Positions 51,329-59,875 of a stretch of 64,000 nucleotides of DNA are shown here, piece after piece. The stretch covers positions 1-64,000 of the forward strand of contig CAWJJC010000017.1 in assembly GCA_963843145.1 (NCBI GenBank), given 5' to 3'. The notes under the pieces are model-generated. The model saw nothing but the letters and a program-made list of their open reading frames with translations, did no database searches and had not been told where the DNA came from. Each line of letters starts with the position of its first letter. The first letter of the stretch is position 1. The DNA comes from an uncultured delta proteobacterium (GTDB taxonomy: Bacteria > Desulfobacterota > RBG-13-43-22). Position numbers and translations under genes: made by a program.

Positions 51329-54127
51329 CTATTCATATCCGAAAATTTCCTTGATCTCCAGAGTCCGAGGGTGACCTCGACGGGTAAACTCCAGTCGCAG
51401 ATACCGTAGCCTTCGGCTCGGAAATCGTACGTCCCAGGTCTTTTCGCCGTCGCGGAGCAACCCCCACCCATCGAAATAAACCGGTCCGGACCAGGTCACC
51501 ACAGGGATCTCTTCCCAAAGAATTCCGTCCTGAGAAGCGGTTATCGTGGGGTGGATTCCTCCCCCCGGCGCCTCCAGGTCCACCCGAAGGCGCTGAATCG
51601 GCCGCAGGCTACCCAGGTCAATCCGGAGGTTCCCCTGCCCTTTGGTCCAATCGGGTTTCCATCCGGTTTGCCGCTTTCCATCCAGGACCGCCTTGACCTC
51701 TGCACCCGAGGCCAGCGCCGTGACCTTCCACTGATCCCGGGAAATAAGCCGATCCCTTTCCTTCCCGCCGTTAAAAATGATCAAGGTTCCTCCCTCGGCC
51801 GGGACCGCCATCCAGGCTGCCGGTTGCCCCGTTAACAGCGACCGGGTTTCTTCGTCATCGGCCTCCCTTTTTAAGAATAAAGCGGTCCCCTTTTGAAGGG
51901 CCGTTGGATTTATAACCGCCGGCGCGGGTCCGATCCGACCGCAGGAATTGACATACAGATTGGAAGGAACCGTTTGAATGGCCCCGTTGGAAAGTCGGTT
52001 GATCCGGGCGGACAACCAGGGATCGGCATAAAAATAACGGACTCCTTCCCGGTTCAATAGCGAGAGCAGTTTCGGTGGCGAAGGATTCTCCGCCGGCCGA
52101 GCTCCCGGGCGGTAAATGAAAATTTCATTGGCCGACCAGGAACGAACGGAGGTCTTCCCCTCTTGGACAAAGCGAAGATAACGAAGGTCACGGGGAGGAA
52201 AAACGACCTGGACCCTCCCCCGTCGGACTTTCAAGTAGGCCTGAGGCCCGGCGGAAAAAAACGGGCCTATATAATCAGAAATCTCTGCCAGAGATAGCCA
52301 GTTTCTCCCGTCCAGGGATCCTTCCAACCGAAAGCTCTGAGGGATATCCTGCCAGAGGGGGACCCCAAGATCCATCCGCCCGAGGCGTTCTCGTTTACCC
52401 AGATCGACGGTGACCCATTGGCCCGGCTCCTGTGGTCCGTTGGTGGTCCATCCGCTGGCCGCATCCCGGTCGGCTAAGTTGCCCGCCGCGCTTGGATTGG
52501 GATGGACCGTCAGGGTCCAATCGCGGGGGGATACGGCCTCATAATCCTGGATGGTCTTCCCTTGATACCGGATCACGACAAACGGTCCTATTTGGTCTAC
52601 CTCCGGTTGCCAACCCAAGGCTTTTAAGGTACTCGTAATCCCCCGGGTCAACTGGTCGTTTCCAGCAGGCTGCCAGCCCGTCACCCAAGGAGGTTTATCG
52701 GCCCCATCCACCAGGACGGCCAAGGGGAGGTATTCCTCCCGCCAGGGATCGGCAGCCACGATTTTTCCTCCGGTCAGGAAGGTAAATTCATACGAGGTGA
52801 TCCCGGGCGCCTCTTCCACATAAATCCTACGCAGGCCGCGATCCTCTAACCACTGTCTGAGGGGGGCCGTTTGCCGCCTCAACGCCTCCCAGCGCCTCTC
52901 CGCGGGGGGTACCGAACCAGCGGTATCCTGCCAATTGATCCAGGATTGGAATCCGAGCCATCCGGCCAGCACCCCGATGGCCAGGGCTTTTTTCCGATTC
53001 AGCGCTCGTTCCAGGGCCTCCCCCATCCAGACCGGCAATACGGAATAGAAGGGCAGCAGGTAGCGGATGCCCGTACCGCCGATCTCCCCTCCTCGCGGGG
53101 TAAATAGGACCAGGACCAGATTCGAGGCCAAAATCCCCCACAAAATAATCCTGCCGGCCCCGGGCAACGACCGCAGACCCACCACCCAGGCCATTTCCCC
53201 GGCATCCCGCCTGAGGGCCGAAGCCAGGGCGAACGTTCCGAAAAGCACCAGAAATACCGCCACCGCCACCTGGACCGGCCTCCCCAATCTATCCGGCTCA
53301 AACCCCAACAACCGGGGGAAGCTTTCCGTCAAGAGCAGGATTCCCCTATCCGCCAATCCGATCGGGGCCCCTCCCACACGGAAGGTGGCCAGTCGGGCGG
53401 AAGGGAAGTGACCCAGTTCATAGAGCCACATCGGCAGGCTCCCCCCCAAAAAGCCCAGGGGAAAGAACCAGAACCGTTTTCCAAACCCCAAACGGGTCCG
53501 CAGGGCCAGCAAACCCAGGGGGATCAAATACACCACAATCAACAAGTTGTTCCACCAGCCTAATCCGCCCAGGAGACCGGCCGCCAGCCAATCAGCCGGC
53601 GCATTTCTCCGGCCGAAGAACAGGGAGCGGGTCAGGAGCAGCAACAGGTTTCCGAGCAGCAACAGGAGGGGATAGTTCAAATTCCCGTTCAGGCTCCACT
53701 GATTGAGCAACAGGGCCGGGACCGCCGAGAGGAGGGCATAACAGGCGGCGGCCCGTCTCCCGGAAAATCTCCGGGCCACCAAATAGCCGGTCCCCCAGAG
53801 GGTGAGACCGGCCCCGTAGGCGAAGCAGTCCAGGGCCAGGGGCGAGGCCCCGAAGATTAGGAACCAGGGCGCCAGCAGGTAGGAGGGGAAAGCTCCCATA
53901 TATTCCACCCCCAATTGGTGAATGGGGAAATCTCCCTGGAGAATACCCAGGGCCGGGACCGCCAGGCGGACTTCATCCCAATGGGCCCAAAGCCCGAAAT
54001 GGCCCCAAAAACGGAGCCCGCGGGAGGCCAGGCCCCCCAGGACCAGGATCCCGAGCCACAACCACCCGGACCTTATTCCGGCCGGACGATTCATTGGGGT
54101 GGGAACAGCCTGGGCATTCATGATCAT
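51329..54127 (-). CDS. GT-C (ArnT/PMT-like) membrane glycosyltransferase with discoidin (F5/8-type C) domains
   Basis: HWDE motif after the first TM, about 11 TM helices, then two DG..T.W...DLG domains. The longer ORF start at 54292 runs through a repeat element. Confidence 0.75.
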   Translation of the reverse strand: MIMNAQAVPTPMNRPAGIRSGWLWLGILVLGGLASRGLRFWGHFGLWAHWDEVRLAVPALGILQGDFPIHQLGVEYMGAFPSYLLAPWFLIFGASPLALDCFAYGAGLTLWGTGYLVARRFSGRRAAACYALLSAVPALLLNQWSLNGNLNYPLLLLLGNLLLLLTRSLFFGRRNAPADWLAAGLLGGLGWWNNLLIVVYLIPLGLLALRTRLGFGKRFWFFPLGFLGGSLPMWLYELGHFPSARLATFRVGGAPIGLADRGILLLTESFPRLLGFEPDRLGRPVQVAVAVFLVLFGTFALASALRRDAGEMAWVVGLRSLPGAGRIILWGILASNLVLVLFTPRGGEIGGTGIRYLLPFYSVLPVWMGEALERALNRKKALAIGVLAGWLGFQSWINWQDTAGSVPPAERRWEALRRQTAPLRQWLEDRGLRRIYVEEAPGITSYEFTFLTGGKIVAADPWREEYLPLAVLVDGADKPPWVTGWQPAGNDQLTRGITSTLKALGWQPEVDQIGPFVVIRYQGKTIQDYEAVSPRDWTLTVHPNPSAAGNLADRDAASGWTTNGPQEPGQWVTVDLGKRERLGRMDLGVPLWQDIPQSFRLEGSLDGRNWLSLAEISDYIGPFFSAGPQAYLKVRRGRVQVVFPPRDLRYLRFVQEGKTSVRSWSANEIFIYRPGARPAENPSPPKLLSLLNREGVRYFYADPWLSARINRLSNGAIQTVPSNLYVNSCGRIGPAPAVINPTALQKGTALFLKREADDEETRSLLTGQPAAWMAVPAEGGTLIIFNGGKERDRLISRDQWKVTALASGAEVKAVLDGKRQTGWKPDWTKGQGNLRIDLGSLRPIQRLRVDLEAPGGGIHPTITASQDGILWEEIPVVTWSGPVYFDGWGLLRDGEKTWDVRFPSRRLRYLRLEFTRRGHPRTLEIKEIFGYE

Positions 54128-54160
54128 CCTGCTCGTCTCCGCCTCTATTATCTTCTTTCT

Positions 54161-54266
54161 ACGCTTTGCCCTTTTGGGTGGGTACCCCCCCGAGATCTGG
54201 TATGGCCGTGGGGTCTCGGCGAAAGGGTTTTCCAAAGGTACTCCGGACTTCGAATCCGGGCCTAAA
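54161..54266. repeat. Solo copy of the left arm of the MITE-like element at 59024
   Basis: Near-identical to 59025-59128. Confidence 0.85.
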
Positions 54267-54415
54267 TTACTAACTTTTTCAGTTCCGTTCAATAAGAAGC
54301 CGGCCTATTTTACATTTGCGTGCTTAATAAAAATACTATAAAAATGAGGAATGCCGCTCGAAAAAAAAATTACCGCGGATAATATGAAGACAAACATCAT
54401 CCTCCGAATATTCTT

Positions 54416-55639
54416 ATGAAAATCGAAACGGTCAGAAAAGTTGATTACTGGATTGGCATCCCGGTCTGCCTCCTGCTTTCCATCCTGGGTTGGGCCCGGA
54501 GCAGGCTTTTCCCAAAAAAAGAGCCGGGCCGGGCGTTAAAAAAATTCCTGCTCATCGAGCTGTCCGAAATGGGCAGCGCCATTCTGGCCTATCCAACGAT
54601 TAAGGCCATTCAGCGAGATTATCCCGAAGCCGAGCTGTATTTTATGATTTTTGAAAAGAACCGGGCCAGTGTGGACATCCTGAATCTCGTCCAGAGGGAA
54701 AACGTCTTGACGATCCGTGAGAAATCCCTGGGATCTTTTCTGGGCGATGTGGTTAAAACGGTGGTCCGAATGCACCGGGAAGGAATCGACGTGGTCTTCG
54801 ATCTGGAACTGTTCACCCGGGTGACGGCCATCCTGACCTTTCTAAGCGGCGCCCCGGTCCGGGTGGGCTTTCACAGATTCCGGATGGAGGGATTATACCG
54901 GGGAAATCTGCACACCCATAAAATCCAGTACAACTTTCAGCAGCATATCAGCAAGTCCTTTCTGTCCTTTTTGGACGTGCTCCGCTACCCGACCAAGGAC
55001 TGGCCGACTATGGACGCGGCCATTCCGGACAGCCGTCTGGAAACGGCCTTGTATCAGGCTTCGGAATCGGGAAAAATCCGGATCCGGGAAAAAATCCGAA
55101 AACGGTTTCCAGAATTCGGCGAATCCACTCAGATCGTCATTTTAAATCCCAGCGCCGGGGAAATCCCTATCCGGGCCTGGCCTCTGGAAAATTATGTAGA
55201 GCTAGCTCACCGATTATTGCAAGACCCCCACCGGATCGTCGTCCTCATGGGAGCCGGCGCGGACCAGGAAACCACCGGCCGACTGGCGGAAAAGTTGTCT
55301 GATCAGCGCTGCCTGGATCTGACCGGCGAGACCACCTTTGAAGAGTTGATGGACCTATTCTGCGTCTCGGAGGCCTTGATCACCAACGACAGCGGCCCGG
55401 CCCACTTCGCGTCTTTGACCGGGATAAGAAATTTTGTTTTCCTCGGTCCCGAGTCCCCTTATCTTTACAGCCCTTTGGGCGAAAACACCCACGTTTTTTA
55501 TTCGAAATTCCCCTGCTCTCCCTGCCTGACCGCCTTCAACCACCGCCACACCTCCTGCCTGGACAACAAATGCCTCCAGGCCATCTCGGTGCCGGAAGTC
55601 TGGGAAGTGATCACCGAAAAACTATCCCGCGTTAAATAA
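54416..55639 (+). CDS. Glycosyltransferase family 9 (heptosyltransferase-like)
   Basis: SEMGSAIL, RAWPLENY, TNDSGPAHFA, CSPC...C.DNKC. Confidence 0.9.
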   Translation: MKIETVRKVDYWIGIPVCLLLSILGWARSRLFPKKEPGRALKKFLLIELSEMGSAILAYPTIKAIQRDYPEAELYFMIFEKNRASVDILNLVQRENVLTIREKSLGSFLGDVVKTVVRMHREGIDVVFDLELFTRVTAILTFLSGAPVRVGFHRFRMEGLYRGNLHTHKIQYNFQQHISKSFLSFLDVLRYPTKDWPTMDAAIPDSRLETALYQASESGKIRIREKIRKRFPEFGESTQIVILNPSAGEIPIRAWPLENYVELAHRLLQDPHRIVVLMGAGADQETTGRLAEKLSDQRCLDLTGETTFEELMDLFCVSEALITNDSGPAHFASLTGIRNFVFLGPESPYLYSPLGENTHVFYSKFPCSPCLTAFNHRHTSCLDNKCLQAISVPEVWEVITEKLSRVK

Positions 55640-55736
55640 AAGGCCGCCGGCAACATTATTAGACGGCGGCTATCGGAATGGTGCGTCGATGGCTACGACG
55701 TGGTGCAACCATCTGTCGATCCGGGAATATCAAATA

Positions 55737-56146
55737 CTACTCCTCAAGCAGGATCAATTGGAGATAGATGTGGGTAACGGAGACGGGGGCAATTTGGACG
55801 CGGATTTCACCACCGGGAAATAAGTTGGTCTGAGTGTTGAGATAAGCTGTTCCTGCCGTAAGACTTGCGGCGAGTGCCGCTTCGGCTCCAGATACTGTCC
55901 CGCCATTCACGGCAATAAAAGTCGGACTGTATGACGCGGCCAGGGTCATATCTAACGTACGGACGTAATCTCCTGAAGTCACGCCGGAAGGGAAACCAGG
56001 GAATGTTGGGACCGTCGTGGCGACTCCGGTATTCGTGGTTGGTAGCTCAGGACTATGTATGTGCGACGCGGTAACATTCCCTAAAAGACCACTGAAGGGA
56101 ACATTCAGACTCAGTGTGTGAAGTATATCATCGTAATCGATATCTG
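55737..56146 (-). pseudogene. CHRD-domain protein remnant, no start codon
   Basis: FSGLLGNVTASHIH...VATTVPTFPGFPSGVTSG...AYLNTQTNLFPGGEIR. The frame is closed by TAG near 56174 with no ATG. Confidence 0.75.
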
Positions 56147-56281
56147 CTCCGGACTTTACAAATCCCTCTGCATCCTAAACTTCCCTTAAACGGGGGCATG
56201 ATCTTCGAAAATCTCGAAATCCTGACCAAAGGTTTGGATGGCTTTGGCGGCCTCGGCCAACGGGCTCAACCCATCCGATTG

Positions 56282-57169
56282 TCAGCCGACCATCTCGCGG
56301 ATAACCTCTTTTACGGAGAGGATGTCTTTGACGAGCTTTGAAATCTGCCCTGCAGGAAGAATCCCCACATGCACATTCCCCTTGATCCAGGAATCCTCCA
56401 TGGCAGGACCACCGAAGACCGACATCGCTTGAGTCTCTCCACCTCTGATTCGCTCCGTCAGAGATGTCCGCAAGGCTCGAACTTGGAAACGTCCCAGGTC
56501 AATGAGCACAGTCCCCAAGTCATTTGCTTCAAGGATGAGGTTCTTGTAGTTGTCATGCGCGACGCATTCCTTTGTGGCTATGAATCGCGTTCCTACTTGG
56601 ACACCCTCAGCCCCGAGAGCCATGGCTGCCCTGTACCCCCGGGAGTCCCCTATTCCTCCGGCAGCGATTACCGGAACCTTGACCTCGTCCACAACCGCGG
56701 GAACCAGAACCATTGTTGATGGTCCCCCAAAGCCCTGCACCCCACCTGATTCACTGCCTTCCGCCACAATGGCGTCCGCGCCCAACGCCTCCGCCTTGCA
56801 GGCAGAATCGACGGTCGGTGCTACGACCAGGACTTTTACCCCACGTTCACGGAGAAAGGGAATCAACTGCTTTGGAGATCCCCCGGAAACTGTCACGGCG
56901 CCTATGCCTTCCTCGGCCATCACTGCGGCGAATTCCAACGCCTTGGGATTCATGGCAAAGAGGTTCGCTCCAAAGGGTTTTTTCGTACGCTCCTTGGTGG
57001 ATCGTACCTGATTACGTACAACTTGTGCATCAGTCGCGAAAGCCGTCGCGAGAAGGCCGTAGCCACCCGATTCAGAAACCGCGGCCACGAGCTCCGGATT
57101 ACATATTACTCCCATGGCGCCCTGAATGACTGGATAATCAACACCTAAAATTTCAGAGACACGCGACAT
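56282..57169 (-). CDS. Nitronate monooxygenase / FabK-like flavoprotein
   Basis: YPVIQGAM, AEGSESGG, PVIAAGGIGD, GVQVGTRF. Confidence 0.9.
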   Translation of the reverse strand: MSRVSEILGVDYPVIQGAMGVICNPELVAAVSESGGYGLLATAFATDAQVVRNQVRSTKERTKKPFGANLFAMNPKALEFAAVMAEEGIGAVTVSGGSPKQLIPFLRERGVKVLVVAPTVDSACKAEALGADAIVAEGSESGGVQGFGGPSTMVLVPAVVDEVKVPVIAAGGIGDSRGYRAAMALGAEGVQVGTRFIATKECVAHDNYKNLILEANDLGTVLIDLGRFQVRALRTSLTERIRGGETQAMSVFGGPAMEDSWIKGNVHVGILPAGQISKLVKDILSVKEVIREMVG

Positions 57170-57351
57170 TCTTCTGTACCTCCATTTCAGCCAGAATTAT
57201 GTAGATTTTTTTCTGCTCCTAGGCGTCCACAAAGCCCACAAGCCGGCAACTTCTAATAGATGGCGTCAAGGTGGATTACTCCCCCTCCCTGGACCATGTC
57301 CTTGGGAGTGGCCAGATTTCCTTGCCCAAGGATATCATTTTTGGTATCATT

Positions 57352-57537
57352 ACAGTTGACGAATACCTGAAAACCTGCAAGAGGATCGGGCGAGAACCGG
57401 AAAAGCCTTTCTCCGGTCGGTTCATGGTGCGGATTCCTTCCGAGCTGCATTGTGCCATTGCCCTGGCGGCCAAGAGGGAACGCAAGAGCATCAACGCCTG
57501 GATCGCCGAAATTTGTGAACAAAACGTTTTTGCTTAG
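57352..57537 (+). pseudogene. hicB: HicB-family antitoxin C-terminal remnant
   Basis: VDEYLKTCKRIGREPEKPFSGRFMVRIPSELH..IALAA...SINAWI. N-terminus and hicA absent. Confidence 0.75.
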
Positions 57538-58982
57538 CCTTTCACCACCCCAAGCGGCCGGAGCCGCGCCACCTTTTTAGAAATCCCGGCGCCGTGAACC
57601 ACCTCCACCACCTGGGCCACGTCCTTATAGGCCTCGGAGATCTCTTCCACCACCGTGCCCATTCCAGCCCCCCGGACGATGATCCCCTTATCTTCCAGCT
57701 CCCGGAGGACGGCATGACCCCGGGCGGCTTTTTTAGCAGCCTGGCGGCTCATGACCCGTCCGGCGCCGTGGCAGGTGCTGCCGAAGGTCTCGGCATAGGC
57801 CTGTTGGGTCCCCAACAGCACATAGGAGTAACGACCCATATCCCCGGGGATGATCACCGGTTGCCCCAGTTCAAAAAAATCAGGAGGGATCTGGGGGTGA
57901 CGGGGAGGAAAGGCCCGGGTGGCTCCCTTGCGGTGAACGCACAGCCGTCTGATTTTCCCTTCAACCAAGTGATCTTCAAACTTGGCAATGTTATGGCACA
58001 GGTCATAAATCAATTCCAGTCGAAGATCCTTCGGTCCGCGTTGCAAGACCCGCTCCAGGGTTTCCTGGACCCAGTGGGTAATGATCTGCCGGTTGGCAAA
58101 GGCGAAATTAGCCGCCGCCGCCATGGCCCCCAGATAGTCCTGCCCTTCCGGGGAATTGATGGGGGCGCAGCACAATTGCCGGTCCGGGAGCTCGATGCCA
58201 TACTTGGCCGTGGCCCGGATAAGCTGTTTGATGGAATCGTCGCAGACCTGATGGCCCAGCCCCCGGGAGCCGGTATGCACCATAACCGTCACCTGATCTT
58301 CAAAAAGCCCCAGGGCCCGGGCCGCCGCCGTTTCATAAATCGTTTCCACGTAGCCCACTTCCACAAAATGATTCCCCGATCCCAGGGTTCCTAACTGGTC
58401 CTTCCCCCGTTCCAGCGCCCTGTTGGAAACGAGGTCCGGCCGAGCCCCTTCGATGCACCCCGCCTCTTCAATATGTTCCAGATCCTTGGGCGATCCATAG
58501 CCCTGCCGAACGGCCCATTGAGCCCCCTGCTGGAGGACCTTTTCCTGGTCTTTCGGAGAAAGTTTAAAGTCCTTGCGGTGGGACCCGACCCCGGAAGGGA
58601 TGTTGCGGAACAGGGCGTCCACGATTTCTTTCATTTTTCCTTGAAGGTCATGGCGGCTCAACCCGGAGCGCAGCAGACGCACGCCTCAGTTGATATCATA
58701 GCCCACCCCGCCAGGGGAAACGATCCCCTCCGCAGGGTCAAAGGCCGCTACTCCGCCGATGGGAAACCCGTACCCCCAGTGGATGTCCGGCATGGCCAGG
58801 GAATTCCCCACGATCCCCGGCAGCCAGGCCACGTTAGCCACCTGGTTCAGGCTCTGGTCCTTCCGGATATCCGGCAACAGCTCCGGAGAAGTGAAAACCA
58901 GGCCGTCGGTCCGCATCTTCCCCTCCCGGGGGATTCGAAATCGATAAGGATCGATTTGTTCCATCTTGATTTTATCCGCCAT
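57534..58982 (-). CDS. rtcB: RtcB RNA ligase with an in-frame TGA at the catalytic Cys (probable selenocysteine)
   Basis: [14 protein letters not shown]...[16 protein letters not shown]. Downstream [39 protein letters not shown], terminal KG are intact and in frame. Confidence 0.92.
58653..58671 (-). promoter_or_regulatory. Candidate bacterial SECIS hairpin
   Basis: mRNA GC-GCUC-(CGGGUU)-GAGC-C-GC. The loop starts 21 nt after UGA and has G at its second position. Confidence 0.55.
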
Positions 58983-59023
58983 ACGCCCTCCCCTAAAATT
59001 TTTCTGAACAGAGAAAAATTTAA

Positions 59024-59342
59024 GACGCTTCGCCCTTTTGGGTGGGTACCCCCCAGATCTGGTATGGCCGATGGGTCTCGGCGAAAGGGCTTTCCAAAGG
59101 TACTCCGGACTTCGAACCCGGGCCTAAAATACCAATTTTATTTGAAGCAGGCCCAAACTCAGAGGCTTTTGATGCTTCTTCGGCCGGCCCTGCCTCTGTG
59201 AAGATTTAGTAACATGGGGGCCGGGTTAGAACCTATAAAGCAAGGTGGAAAACCCTTTCGCCGAGACCCATCGGCCACGAAGGCCTGATTTCAGTCTAAT
59301 CTACCAGATATTGTGGCCACCCACCCAAAAGGGCGAACAACC
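59024..59342. mobile_element. MITE-like element with long imperfect inverted arms and an 8-bp target duplication
   Basis: Arms TTCGCCCTTTTGGGTGGGT...GGGTCTCGGCGAAAGGG and the reverse complement at 59246-59337. Flanked by AAATTTAA at 59016-59023 and 59343-59350. Confidence 0.75.
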
Positions 59343-59352
59343 AAATTTAAAA

Positions 59353-59781
59353 CTAAATATCAAAAATCACCCTGGCCCGCCAGCCTTTCGGGGTTTCCCG
59401 AATCTGCACTTGGTGATAGGTTACGGCCTTAACCCCGTGTTTGAAACCGTGCCGTTCCGGATCGTAATCCTCCCCCCAAACCCGGGCCTTCAGCGACCGA
59501 TCGTTCAGCTCCTCGATTTCAAAACGGCTGAAAACCAGACGGCGGGCGTCGAATAAATACAATAGTTCTCCCAGCCAGGCCACCAGCAGGGCCTCGCGAT
59601 CCGGCGCTTCGACCGAGACCTCCAGCGGTTTTATCGGTTTAATCTTCCGGACGTCCACCAGGAGGTCAAAAAAAGCCCAGGCCGATTGCTCGAAAAGGTC
59701 AGCCCGGTCTTTGCCTTGAACCGTCATCCCCAGGTCCCCGGTGTGGCTGATTAAGCGATAGGGCTTCCGGCTGAAAGTCAT
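59353..59781 (-). CDS. Archease (RtcB activator)
   Basis: SHTGDLG, LLVAWLGELLYL, VKAVTYH, C-terminal VIFDI. Confidence 0.95.
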   Translation of the reverse strand: MTFSRKPYRLISHTGDLGMTVQGKDRADLFEQSAWAFFDLLVDVRKIKPIKPLEVSVEAPDREALLVAWLGELLYLFDARRLVFSRFEIEELNDRSLKARVWGEDYDPERHGFKHGVKAVTYHQVQIRETPKGWRARVIFDI

Positions 59782-59875
59782 GGGGCTATTGTAACCCAAG
59801 GCAGTTTCTTCTTGCAATCTCACTGTTTACCTATTAAAAACCTAATTCAATTGATCCACTGCTTTAGGAGTGACT

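Noticed and set aside
54128-54292. N-terminal extension of the 987-aa ORF, and the similar ORF at 59245-59556
   Set aside because: The shared peptide ENPFAET is a translation of the repeat element, not a protein domain.
58686-58982. rtcB as two genes, or an intein/intron split
   Set aside because: The halves are in frame with no inserted sequence; only one codon interrupts the motif.
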